The notes under the pieces were generated by a model. That model saw only the letters and a list, made by a program, of their open reading frames with translations, was not told where the DNA came from and made no database searches. Source: Actinomycetota bacterium (GTDB lineage: Bacteria; Actinomycetota; Acidimicrobiia; Acidimicrobiales; AC-25). From it: 33,025 nt of DNA. Numbering within the stretch: position 1 is the stretch's first letter; each line of letters starts with the position of its first letter. Positions 1 to 8,265 of this stretch are shown piece by piece. The stretch spans positions 1 to 33,025 of the forward strand of contig VAXF01000002.1 in assembly GCA_005888395.1 (NCBI GenBank), given 5' to 3'. A program made the translations under genes and the position numbers.

Positions 1-1035
1 GAGATGCTCGGCGTGATCGGGTCGAACGGCTCGGGCAAGACCACGTTGCTCAAGTGCCTGGCCAAGATCATCGCCCCCAACTACGGCGCGGTCACGGTGC
101 ACGGCAAGGTATCGGCGCTGCTCGAGCTCGGCACGGGCTTCCAACAGGAGCTGACGGGACGCGAGAACGTCTTTCTCGCCGGCTCGATCCTCGGGCAGAG
201 CATCGCCCAGCTCCAGGCCCGCTTCGGCGACATTGTCGCCTTCAGCGGTCTCGGCGACTTCATCGACTACGCCCGCCTGGCGTTCTCGGTGGCCATCAAC
301 GTCGATCCCGAGGTGCTCCTCATCGACGAGGTGCTCGCCGTCGGCGACGAGGAGTTCCAGACCAAGTGTTACGACCGGCTCTACGAGTTCCGGCGCCAAG
401 GGGTGCCGATCGTCTTCGTAAGCCACGCGCTCGACGCGGTGCGCAACATGTGCTCGAAGGTGGCATGGCTCGACAAGGGCGAGCTCCAGATGCTCGGCGA
501 TCCTCACGACGTCGTCGACGCCTATCTCGACCGGGTCCGCCGCGACAAGCAGACCGACCCCGGCGCCCTCCGGGTGCTCGGTGAGCGCTATGGGAACCGC
601 GATATCGAGCTCACGGGCGTCGAATTCCTCGACGCCGACGGGCAGGCGAAGTCGGTCTTCGAGCCCGGCGAGCGGATGACGATGAGGTTCCGCCTCGACT
701 CCAAGGTGCAGCGCGACGACGTGGTGCTCGCGTTCAGTGTGCACCTTGCCGACGGCCACGGCATCACCGGCATCAGCACATGGACCCACGGGCACCTGCT
801 GCAGGTCGACGAGGGCCAGTCGTTCGTCGACTACGACATCGACTCACTTCCGTTCTGGCGCAACAGCTACCGAGTCACGGCCATCGTCCACGACAAGGCG
901 AGCCAGGTGACGTTCGACTGTCGCCAGCAGGAGTTCGGCTTCAACGTGATGCAGGGCGAGCTGGGGCAGGGGACCGGCATGGTCTATCTGCCGGGCTCGT
1001 GGGACCTCGACGGCCTCCGCGGGGTGAAGGAATGA
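1..1035 (+). CDS. Polysaccharide-export ABC transporter ATP-binding protein (Wzt/TagH-like) with a C-terminal Wzt_C-like glycan-binding domain. The 5' end is cut by the window edge.
   Basis: Walker A GSNGSGKTT, Q-loop GFQQELTGREN, Walker B VLLIDE, D-loop AVGD and H-loop FVSHAL are all present. The roughly 150-aa C-terminal extension (IELTGVEFLDADGQ...MRFRL...) is typical of the O-antigen/teichoic-acid exporter carbohydrate-binding domain. The frame is open to base 1, and only 5 residues precede Walker A, so the N-terminus lies upstream. The stop overlaps the next start (ATGA). Confidence 0.85.
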   Translation, partial: EMLGVIGSNGSGKTTLLKCLAKIIAPNYGAVTVHGKVSALLELGTGFQQELTGRENVFLAGSILGQSIAQLQARFGDIVAFSGLGDFIDYARLAFSVAINVDPEVLLIDEVLAVGDEEFQTKCYDRLYEFRRQGVPIVFVSHALDAVRNMCSKVAWLDKGELQMLGDPHDVVDAYLDRVRRDKQTDPGALRVLGERYGNRDIELTGVEFLDADGQAKSVFEPGERMTMRFRLDSKVQRDDVVLAFSVHLADGHGITGISTWTHGHLLQVDEGQSFVDYDIDSLPFWRNSYRVTAIVHDKASQVTFDCRQQEFGFNVMQGELGQGTGMVYLPGSWDLDGLRGVKE

Positions 1036-2303
1036 GCAAGATCGCTGTCATCGGGACCGGGTACGTCGGGTTGACGACGGGTGCCTGCTTCGCCCACCTC
1101 GGGCACCACGTGGTGTGTGCCGACATCGACGCCGACAAAGTCGAGCGACTTCGACGGGGCGAGATCCCGATCCTCGAGGCCGGCCTCGAGGAGCTCGTGC
1201 GAGCAGCCACCGATGCGGACAGGCTCTCGTTCGTGGTCGGTGCGGCGTCGGCGGTCGGGACCTGTGAGTTCGCCGTCCTCTGTCTGCCGACACCGCAGGG
1301 GCCCGATGGGTCGGCCGACCTCTCCTACATCGAGGAGGTGGCGCGTGAGATCGCGCCGCTCCTTACGAGTGAGGCGATCGTCGTCAACAAGTCGACGGTC
1401 CCGGTTGGCTCGACACGGCTCGTCGAGAGGATCCTCGGTCGCGACGACGTCATGGTCGTGTCCAATCCGGAGTTCCTGCGAGAGGGCTCCGCCGTCCACG
1501 ATTTCCTCCACCCCGACCGCATCGTGATCGGATCCGACGACCACAAGGCGGCGATCCGGGTTGCCTCCCTGTTCGAGGGAATTCAGGCCCCACTCATCGT
1601 GAGCGACCCTGCGTCGGCGGAGATGATCAAGTACGCCTCTAACTCGTTCCTCGCGGCGAAGGTCTCCTTCGTCAACGCCATCGCGAACGTGTGCGAGGCG
1701 GTCGGCGCCGACGTGCGCGACGTGATCCTCGGGATGGGCTACGACAAGCGCATCGGCTTCGAGTTCCTCAAGCCCGGCCCCGGGTGGGGAGGAAGCTGTT
1801 TTCCGAAAGACATGCTGGCGCTGATCAGGATCGCCGAGGACGCGGGCTACGACTTCGGCGTCCTCGAGGCGGTGGTCCAGGCCAACCGTGATCAGTACGA
1901 CCGCGTCGCCGCAAAGGTCGCGCGAGCGGCGGGGGGGTCGCTCGCCGGTTCGACCATTGCAGTGTGGGGCCTCACGTTCAAGGCTCGCACCGACGACACG
2001 CGACACTCGCCCGCGCTCGAGGTCATCGCCCGGCTTCTGTCGGGTGGTGCCCGCGTGCAGGCCTTCGACCCGGCTGTTCGGCACGATCTCGAGGGAATCG
2101 ACGTACGGAAGGACGCCTACGCCGCCTGCGAGGGAGCGACCGTGCTGGCGGTGCTGACAGAGAGGGACGAGTTCCGCTGGCTGGACTTCGACAAGGTCGC
2201 GGCCGTGATGGCGCGCCCGGCCATCGTTGACGCTCGCAACCTGCTCGACCCGACCGCGCTCCGGCGCCGCGGGTTCAGCTACGAAGGAGTCGGCCGGGCG
2301 TGA
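1032..2303 (+). CDS. ugd: UDP-glucose 6-dehydrogenase
   Basis: N-terminal Rossmann motif [17 protein letters not shown] and catalytic-Cys motif [10 protein letters not shown]. Length is about 423 aa. The ATG at 1032 overlaps the upstream TGA. The 780-1031 extension in the ORF track is Arg/Pro-rich out-of-context sequence. Confidence 0.9.
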   Translation: MSKIAVIGTGYVGLTTGACFAHLGHHVVCADIDADKVERLRRGEIPILEAGLEELVRAATDADRLSFVVGAASAVGTCEFAVLCLPTPQGPDGSADLSYIEEVAREIAPLLTSEAIVVNKSTVPVGSTRLVERILGRDDVMVVSNPEFLREGSAVHDFLHPDRIVIGSDDHKAAIRVASLFEGIQAPLIVSDPASAEMIKYASNSFLAAKVSFVNAIANVCEAVGADVRDVILGMGYDKRIGFEFLKPGPGWGGSCFPKDMLALIRIAEDAGYDFGVLEAVVQANRDQYDRVAAKVARAAGGSLAGSTIAVWGLTFKARTDDTRHSPALEVIARLLSGGARVQAFDPAVRHDLEGIDVRKDAYAACEGATVLAVLTERDEFRWLDFDKVAAVMARPAIVDARNLLDPTALRRRGFSYEGVGRA

Positions 2304-3244
2304 GGACCGTCGTCACCGGTGCCGCAGGGTTCATCGGCTCGCACCTCTCTCGCGCCCTCCTCGACCGCGGCGACGAGGTCGTCGGACTCGACAATCTCCT
2401 CACGGGCTCGCTCGACAACGTTGCCGACATCTTCGGCCGGTCAGGTTTCAGCTTCGTCGACTACGACGTCACCAACTTCGTGCACATTGCCGGTCCCGTG
2501 GACGCGGTCCTGCATTTCGCCAGCCCGGCGTCGCCCAAGGACTACCTCGAGCACCCGATCAAGACCCTGAAGGTCGGCAGCCTCGGCACGCACAAGACCC
2601 TGGGGCTGGCCAAGGACAAGGGCGCCCGGTACTTGTTGGCGTCGACGAGCGAGGTGTACGGCGACCCGCAGGTGCATCCCCAGACCGAGGACTACTGGGG
2701 ACACGTGAACCCTGTCGGACCACGCGGTGTCTACGACGAGGCCAAGCGGTTCGCCGAGGCGATGGCCATGGCGTACCACCGCTACCACGGCGTCGACGTG
2801 CGAATCGTGCGCATCTTCAACACGTACGGCCCCGGGATGCGACCGTCGGACGGGCGAGTGGTGTCGAACTTCCTCGTGCAGGCGCTCGACGGCAAGCCGC
2901 TCACCGTCTACGGCGACGGTAATCAGACCCGCAGCTTCTGCTATGTCGACGACGAGGTGCGCGGCATCATCGCCCTGCTCGACTCCGACTACGTCGGGCC
3001 GGTGAACGTCGGCAACCCGAACGAGTTCACGGTGCGCGACCTCGCCGGCCTCGTGCTCGAGGTCACCGGCTCGCCGTCGGAGATCGTCCACGAGCCGCTG
3101 CCCGTCGACGACCCGGCCGTCAGGCGCCCCGACATCTCGCTCGCCCGGCGCGTGCTGGGGTGGGAGCCGGCCGTGGAGCTGCGCGAGGGCCTCGCCCGTA
3201 CCGCGGAGTACTTCCGGCGCGGGTTGGGAGCGCCGGGTGGCTGA
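2300..3244 (+). CDS. uxs: UDP-glucuronate decarboxylase (UDP-xylose synthase), extended SDR
   Basis: [11 protein letters not shown] Rossmann motif, STSEVYG, catalytic YDEAKR (YxxxK), and [10 protein letters not shown], which is typical of UXS/ArnA-decarboxylase-type SDRs. The GTG start overlaps the ugd stop (GTGA). Confidence 0.8.
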   Translation: MRTVVTGAAGFIGSHLSRALLDRGDEVVGLDNLLTGSLDNVADIFGRSGFSFVDYDVTNFVHIAGPVDAVLHFASPASPKDYLEHPIKTLKVGSLGTHKTLGLAKDKGARYLLASTSEVYGDPQVHPQTEDYWGHVNPVGPRGVYDEAKRFAEAMAMAYHRYHGVDVRIVRIFNTYGPGMRPSDGRVVSNFLVQALDGKPLTVYGDGNQTRSFCYVDDEVRGIIALLDSDYVGPVNVGNPNEFTVRDLAGLVLEVTGSPSEIVHEPLPVDDPAVRRPDISLARRVLGWEPAVELREGLARTAEYFRRGLGAPGG

Positions 3245-3959
3245 CGAGACGGCGGAAGGCCGTCGCTACCGCACCCTGTCGGTCATCGTGCCCGTCTTCA
3301 ACGAGCGCAACACGGTGGCCGAGATCCTGAGGCGGATGCGCAGGGTCGAGCTGCCCGTCGACCTCGAGGTCGTGGTCGTCGACGACGCGTCGTCGGACGG
3401 CACCGACAAGGTCCTCGACACCCTGGAGGACTCGACCGTTCGGGTGGTGCGCCATCCCGTGAACCGGGGCAAGGGAGCAGCCGTCCGCACCGGCCTGGCC
3501 TACGCCCGAGGCGACCTCGTGCTCGTCCAGGACGCCGACCTCGAGTACGACCCGGAGGACTGGCCGCGACTATTGGCCCCGATCCTGAAGGGAAAGGCGC
3601 GCGTCGTCTACGGCAGCCGCTTCACGGGCGAGCGCAAGAACATGCTCTTCCTGCATTGGGTCGGCAACCGGTTCCTGTCGCTCGTCACGAACGTCCTCTA
3701 CAACACGACGCTGTCCGACATGGAGACGTGCTACAAGCTCTTCGACCGCCAGGTGCTCGAGGGCATTACCATCACCTCGAACCGCTTCGACTTCGAGCCG
3801 GAGATCACGGCCAAGGTGCTGCGCCGGGGTCATCGCATCTACGAGGTCCCTATCTCCTATAGCGGCCGGGAGTTCCACGAGGGGAAGAAGATCACGTGGC
3901 GCGACGGGATCAGGGCGCTGACCACGCTCGTGCGCGAGCGGTTCCGGAAGCCAGGTTGA
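3237..3959 (+). CDS. GT2 glycosyltransferase, soluble polyprenyl-phosphate sugar synthase-like (Ppm1/DPM1-like)
   Basis: [14 protein letters not shown] start, [19 protein letters not shown] (DxD), and no C-terminal TM segment. Length is 240 aa. It overlaps the upstream stop by 8 nt. Confidence 0.8.
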   Translation: MADETAEGRRYRTLSVIVPVFNERNTVAEILRRMRRVELPVDLEVVVVDDASSDGTDKVLDTLEDSTVRVVRHPVNRGKGAAVRTGLAYARGDLVLVQDADLEYDPEDWPRLLAPILKGKARVVYGSRFTGERKNMLFLHWVGNRFLSLVTNVLYNTTLSDMETCYKLFDRQVLEGITITSNRFDFEPEITAKVLRRGHRIYEVPISYSGREFHEGKKITWRDGIRALTTLVRERFRKPG

Positions 3960-4816
3960 TGCTGAGCGCGGTCGTCGTCAACCACAACGCGCGCGACTAC
4001 CTTCTCGGCTGCGTGCGCAGCCTGCGCGCCGACGGCATCGAGGAGATCGTGGTTGCCGACAACGACTCGCACGACGGGTCCGCGGACGCCCTGCGTGCTG
4101 TCGACGCCGACGTCCGGATCCTGTCCACCGGCGCGAACCTCGGCTTTGGCGCCGCCGCCAACCGCGCGTTCGCGCTCACGACGGGCGAGTTCGTCGCCAT
4201 CATGAACCCCGACCTCGTCGTGGAGCCCGGCACGATCAAGACACTGGTCGACGCGCTCGAGCACGACCCCGCCCTGGCCGTCGTGGGGCCGCGGATCGAG
4301 AACGCCGACGGCTCGTGGTACCCCTCGGCGCGGACCTTCCCGGCGCTCGGCGACGCCCTCGGCCACGCCTTCCTGCAGTTCGTGGTCCCGGGGAATCGCT
4401 TCAGCCGCCGGTACAAGATGCTCGACTGGGACCACGCCGTCGCCCGCAGGGTCGACTGGGTGGCGGGCACGTTCATGGTCGTGCGGCGCGACGCCTTCGC
4501 CGCGGCCGGCGGCTTCGACGAGGCCTACTTCATGTACGTCGAGGACGTCGACCTCTGCTGGCGGCTCCGACGGCGCGGGTGGCACGTCGGGTACGAGCCG
4601 GCGGCGCGCGTGATGCACGTGATCGGCGTGTCGAGCGAACTGGCGCCGTACCGCATGATCGTCGCCCACCACCGTTCGTTGTTCCGCTTCGGGGTCAAGA
4701 CATATTCGGGCCCGCGCCGAGCGCTGCTCCCACTCGTCGCGCTCGGCCTGGCCGCCCGAGCCGCGCTCGCCTGCATCCAGCGCGCCCTCCGCAAACGACC
4801 CCCAGCCGCTCCTTAG
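3959..4816 (+). CDS. wbbL: GT2 glycosyltransferase, WbbL-type rhamnosyltransferase-like
   Basis: AVVVNHNARDYL, ADNDSHDGS, TGANLGFGAAANR, DGSWYPSAR and YFMYVEDVDLCWRL are blocks I recognise from WbbL-family GT2 enzymes. The ATG at 3959 shares one base with the upstream TGA. The position just upstream of a manC-like gene and opposite cofD/cofE matches the mycobacterial wbbL1-manC / fbiA-fbiB neighbourhood as I recall it. Confidence 0.7.
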   Translation: MLSAVVVNHNARDYLLGCVRSLRADGIEEIVVADNDSHDGSADALRAVDADVRILSTGANLGFGAAANRAFALTTGEFVAIMNPDLVVEPGTIKTLVDALEHDPALAVVGPRIENADGSWYPSARTFPALGDALGHAFLQFVVPGNRFSRRYKMLDWDHAVARRVDWVAGTFMVVRRDAFAAAGGFDEAYFMYVEDVDLCWRLRRRGWHVGYEPAARVMHVIGVSSELAPYRMIVAHHRSLFRFGVKTYSGPRRALLPLVALGLAARAALACIQRALRKRPPAAP

Positions 4817-4848
4817 CTTCGGGCGGGCTCCGGTAGGGTGGCGGCCCG

Positions 4849-5601
4849 ATGGGAAAGGCGTCGTCCACGAAGAAGGTCGCGCGCGCCGCCCGCACGGGCG
4901 GCGGGCGTACGGCGCGCGGCACCGGGGGATCACTGGTGTGGCCGGCGCTGATCGGTGTCGTGGTGGTGGTCGGCGTGATCCTCATCGGCATCTCGCGCAG
5001 CGAGATCAGCGGCGCCTCCACGCCGCCGCGCATCGGCAAGGACCACTGGCACGCGGCGATCGGCTTCTACGCCTGCGACCACTACCTCCCGAACGAGGCC
5101 CAGTTCGAGAACAGCGAGGGCCTGCACACCCACGGTGACGGGCTCATCCACCTCCACCCGTTCTCGTCCGCGGTCGCGGGCAAGAACGCCACGCTCGGCA
5201 AGTACTTCGAGCTCGCCGGCATCAAGTACTCGTCGACCGAGGCGGTCTTCGGCAACACGACGCTGCGGGACGGCGCCAAGTGCGGGTCGAAGAAGGGCGT
5301 GCTCCAGACGCTGCTCAACGGCAAGGTGGTGGCCGACCCCAACAGCCTTCCGCTGAAGCAGGGGCAGGTGATCGTGGTCGCCCTGGCGCCGAAGGGCGCG
5401 ACCATCCCGCCGCCTCCGTCCGCGGCCACGCTCCAGACGCCGAGCGACCTCCAGCCCTCGTCGAGCTCGACCGTGCCACTGCAGAGCCCGACGTCGGCGC
5501 CGTCCTCCACGCCGTCCTCGTCTCCGCCCTCTTCCTCTCCGCCCTCCTCGTCGGCACCGACGTCGGCGCCCCCGTCCTCGCCGACGAGCTCCAAGGGTTG
5601 A
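4849..5601 (+). CDS. Single-pass membrane protein of unknown function with a His-rich ectodomain and a Pro/Ser-rich C-terminal tail
   Basis: Basic N-terminus, then a TM helix (LVWPALIGVVVVVGVILIGI). The ectodomain has DHWHAAIGFYACDHY...HTHGDGLIHLHPF, and the last roughly 60 aa are almost only P/S/T/A. High GC3 in this frame supports coding. Confidence 0.7.
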   Translation: MGKASSTKKVARAARTGGGRTARGTGGSLVWPALIGVVVVVGVILIGISRSEISGASTPPRIGKDHWHAAIGFYACDHYLPNEAQFENSEGLHTHGDGLIHLHPFSSAVAGKNATLGKYFELAGIKYSSTEAVFGNTTLRDGAKCGSKKGVLQTLLNGKVVADPNSLPLKQGQVIVVALAPKGATIPPPPSAATLQTPSDLQPSSSSTVPLQSPTSAPSSTPSSSPPSSSPPSSSAPTSAPPSSPTSSKG

Positions 5602-6632
5602 TAGCGGTCGTCCTGGTGGGCGGCGAGGGCACGCGCCTTCGCCCCCTCACGCTGACGACCCCCAAGCAGCTGCTCCCGATCGCCGAGGTGACGATGATCG
5701 AGCGCGTGCTCGGGCATCTCGCAGGGCACGGCGTCGAGAAGGCGGTGCTGTCGATGGGGTACCGGCCCGACGCGTTTCTCGCCGCCTTTCCCGGCGACCG
5801 GTGTGCGGGCGTGGCCCTCACCTACGCCGTGGAGCCCGAGCCTCTCGACACCGCGGGGGCCATCGCCTTCGCCGCCCGTCATGCCTCTGTCGCCGACACC
5901 TTCCTCGCGGTCAACGGCGACGTCCTCACCGATCTCGACGTGGGGTCACTCGTCGAGTTCCATCGCCAGCGCGCGGCAACCGCGACGATCCATCTCACCC
6001 CTGTCGAGGACCCCTCGGCCTACGGCGTCGTGCTGACCGCCGCCGACGGGCGCGTGGTCACCTTCATCGAGAAGCCGGCGGCTGGAGAGGCGGCGACCAA
6101 CCTGGTCAACGCAGGCACCTACGTGCTCGAGCCGTCGGTCGTCGACCGCATCCCTGCCGGGCACCGGGTCTCCATCGAGCGCGACACCTTCCCCGCCCTC
6201 GTTGCCGAAGCGAAGGTGTTCGCCATGGCCTCCGCCGGCTACTGGCTCGACGCCGGCACCCCTGCCACCTACCTGCGGGCCAACCTCGACGCCATCCGCA
6301 GAGCGACGCCGCCCGCTCCCGGCGCCCGGCGAGGCGACAGCGGCGTCTGGACCGTGGGCCGTCCGGTGATCGACGGCGACCTCATCGCGCCGGCGCTCGT
6401 GGGTGACGCCGCTTTCGTTGCCGGCGAGGCGCGCGTGGAGGACGCGGTCGTCGGCGCGGGAGCGCGCGTGCTCGCCGGCGCTCGCGTGACGCGTTCGGTC
6501 CTGCTCCCCGGGGCCGTGGTGGGCGCCCGGGCGACGGTGACGGGCGCGGTCGTCGGCGAGGGGGCGGCCGTGGCCGAGTCGACGACGGTGGCGGAGGGCT
6601 GTCTCGTCGCCGGCGGGAGCCGCGTCGAGTGA
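5598..6632 (+). CDS. manC: NDP-sugar pyrophosphorylase (mannose-1-phosphate guanylyltransferase-like) with a C-terminal left-handed beta-helix
   Basis: Canonical N-terminus (L/M)IAVVLVGGEGTRLRPLT..PKQLLP, then EKP, and a C-terminal hexapeptide-repeat region (VGDAAFVAGEARVEDAVVGAGARV...). The proposed TTG start at 5598 overlaps the upstream TGA. The 5280-5597 extension overlaps the previous gene and is rejected. Sugar specificity is not provable from sequence. Confidence 0.75.
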   Translation: MIAVVLVGGEGTRLRPLTLTTPKQLLPIAEVTMIERVLGHLAGHGVEKAVLSMGYRPDAFLAAFPGDRCAGVALTYAVEPEPLDTAGAIAFAARHASVADTFLAVNGDVLTDLDVGSLVEFHRQRAATATIHLTPVEDPSAYGVVLTAADGRVVTFIEKPAAGEAATNLVNAGTYVLEPSVVDRIPAGHRVSIERDTFPALVAEAKVFAMASAGYWLDAGTPATYLRANLDAIRRATPPAPGARRGDSGVWTVGRPVIDGDLIAPALVGDAAFVAGEARVEDAVVGAGARVLAGARVTRSVLLPGAVVGARATVTGAVVGEGAAVAESTTVAEGCLVAGGSRVE

Positions 6633-7576
6633 AGACGCTCGTCACGGGCGGCGCCGGCTTCATCGGCTCGACGCTCGTCGATCGCCTGCTCGCCGAGGGC
6701 CACACGGTCGACGCCATCGACGACCTGTCGACGGGCTCGCTGGGCAATCTCGCCGACGCCCGGGCGCAGAGCCAGCGGCGCTTCACGTTCCACCGCTTCG
6801 ACATCCGTGGGCCCGACGTCGTCGACCTGATCGCCCACCGTCGCCCAGAGGTCATCTTCCACCTGGCGGCGCAGGCCGACGTGCGCCTCTCGGTCGCGCG
6901 ACCGACGTTCGACGCCGAGGTCAACGTCCTGGGCTCGCTCCACGTGCTCGAGGGGGCCCGCGCCGCGGGCACGGCCAAGGTCGTGTTCGCGTCGAGCGGC
7001 GGGACGATCTACGGCGAGCCCGAGCATCTCCCGATCCGCGAGTCGCACCCGCAGCGTCCTCTCTCGCCGTACGGCGTCGCCAAGAAGGCAGTCGGCGACT
7101 ACCTCGTGGCCTACCGAGAGCTGCACCAGCTCGAGTTCACGTCGCTCGCCCTCGCCAACGTCTACGGGCCGCGACAGGATCCCAACGGCGAGGCCGGCGT
7201 GGTCGCGATCTTCGCCGCCCGGCTGCTGGCCGGGCTCTCGTGCACCGTCTTCGGTGACGGCCGCCAAACGCGCGACTTCGTCTACGTCGACGATGTGGCC
7301 GACGCGTTTGCACGCGCCGCGACCCGGGGTGGCGGTCTGCTCCTCAACATCGGCACTGGCGTCGAGACCTCGGTGAACGAGCTGTACCGCGTGATGGCGT
7401 CGAGCGCGGGGGTGAGCGACCCGCCCGTGCGCGCGCCGGCGCGCGCCGGCGAGCTGTTGCGTTCGGTGCTCGACCCGGGCCGGGCGGGCATCCACCTGGG
7501 CTGGAAGCCCTGGACGACCGTCGAGGAGGGGACGGCCCAGGTCCTGCGCTGGTTCGCGTCGCAGAAGACGCGTTAG
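6629..7576 (+). CDS. NAD-dependent epimerase/dehydratase (GalE-like UDP-hexose 4-epimerase)
   Basis: TGGAGFIGSTLV Rossmann motif, SSGGTIYG, and catalytic YGVAKK (YxxxK). Length is 315 aa. The GTG start overlaps the upstream stop (GTGA). Confidence 0.8.
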   Translation: MKTLVTGGAGFIGSTLVDRLLAEGHTVDAIDDLSTGSLGNLADARAQSQRRFTFHRFDIRGPDVVDLIAHRRPEVIFHLAAQADVRLSVARPTFDAEVNVLGSLHVLEGARAAGTAKVVFASSGGTIYGEPEHLPIRESHPQRPLSPYGVAKKAVGDYLVAYRELHQLEFTSLALANVYGPRQDPNGEAGVVAIFAARLLAGLSCTVFGDGRQTRDFVYVDDVADAFARAATRGGGLLLNIGTGVETSVNELYRVMASSAGVSDPPVRAPARAGELLRSVLDPGRAGIHLGWKPWTTVEEGTAQVLRWFASQKTR

Positions 7577-8265
7577 CGGAACAGGTCCTCGGCGGGCGGG
7601 CGCACGATCTCGGCGCGCACCGACGACTCGCGGAACCAGCCGTCGTCGACGCCGCGCACGATCGCCACGGGCACGCCCCCCGCCTTGCCCATGGCCAGCT
7701 CGGCCGCGCCGGCGAGCTGGTCCGCGATCGCCACCTCCGTCGCCTCGAGCACCCGGCCACCCGCGTCGCGGGTGCCGCGGAGGTCGACGATCGCGGCGAT
7801 GCCCGCGCAGCCGATGGCCACGTCGGTCACGCCGCGGCGCCACGCCCGGCCGAACGAGTCCGACACGATGACGCCCGTGTCGACGCCGCCGCGGGCGCGG
7901 ATGCCGTCCCGGATCCGGCGGGCGGACCGATCGGGGTCGAGGGGGAGCACCGCGGCCTGCCCGGGCGGCATGTTGGAGAGGTCGACACCGGCGTTGGCGC
8001 AGACGAACCCGTGGCGGGTCTCGCTGATGATCAGCTCGTCGCGTCGGCGCAGGACTCGCACCGACTCTCGCTCGACGAGCTCGCGCCGGGCGTCCTCGTC
8101 GTCTCCCGTCAGCTCTTCGACCCGACCCTCGGCCTTCGACACGATCTTCTGGGTCACGACCACGACGTCGTGATGGCGCAGGTCGGCCCGTTCGCACACG
8201 AGCGCGGCGATCTCGTCGCCGGGCCGGATCTCGGGCATGCCCCCGACCGCCACGATCTCGATCAC
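7573..8265 (-). CDS. cofE: Coenzyme F420-0:L-glutamate ligase (CofE-type, single domain)
   Basis: EIVAV.GMPEIRPGDEIA, VVVVTQKIVSKAEGR and FVCANAGVDLSN are blocks characteristic of CofE or the FbiB N-domain. The GTG at 8265 overlaps the cofD stop (GTGA). The longer 348-aa ORF overlaps cofD and is rejected. The stop overlaps the convergent epimerase stop (TTAG). Confidence 0.8.
   Translation of the reverse strand: MIEIVAVGGMPEIRPGDEIAALVCERADLRHHDVVVVTQKIVSKAEGRVEELTGDDEDARRELVERESVRVLRRRDELIISETRHGFVCANAGVDLSNMPPGQAAVLPLDPDRSARRIRDGIRARGGVDTGVIVSDSFGRAWRRGVTDVAIGCAGIAAIVDLRGTRDAGGRVLEATEVAIADQLAGAAELAMGKAGGVPVAIVRGVDDGWFRESSVRAEIVRPPAEDLFR

Noticed and set aside
780-1031. N-terminal extensions of maximal ORFs (780-1031, 3896-3958, 5280-5597, 8266-8619, 9189-9275, 12559-12879, 12719-12850, 17002-17643, 23386-23832, 25154-25231, 27643-28368, 31235-31351, 32796-32933).
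   Set aside because: Each extension overlaps the preceding confident gene or an AT-rich promoter patch. Each lacks family-typical N-terminal motifs, which instead begin right at an internal ATG/GTG/TTG that forms a 1-8 nt overlap or short gap with the upstream stop.
5440-5598. Repetitive tcc/tcg/ccg-rich DNA that looks like a simple-sequence repeat.
   Set aside because: It is in frame and encodes the Pro/Ser/Thr-rich tail of the 4849-5601 protein. It is low-complexity coding sequence rather than a discrete repeat element, with only imperfect roughly 15-nt periodicity.
6269-8197. A 642-aa minus-strand ORF, and many similar long ORFs in the track (for example 984-2084-, 3857-4933-, 11531-13270-, 12976-13970+ as the N-terminal part of the 824-aa ORF, 13663-15333-, 20661-22319-, 25127-26461-, 26597-28162-, 28891-30009-, 29843-31468+, 31137-32846+).
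   Set aside because: Their translations are Arg/Pro/Gly/Ala-rich low-complexity sequence with no motifs. They lie antisense to, or out of frame with, genes that have clear family motifs and high GC3. Long stop-free alternative frames are expected at this GC content.
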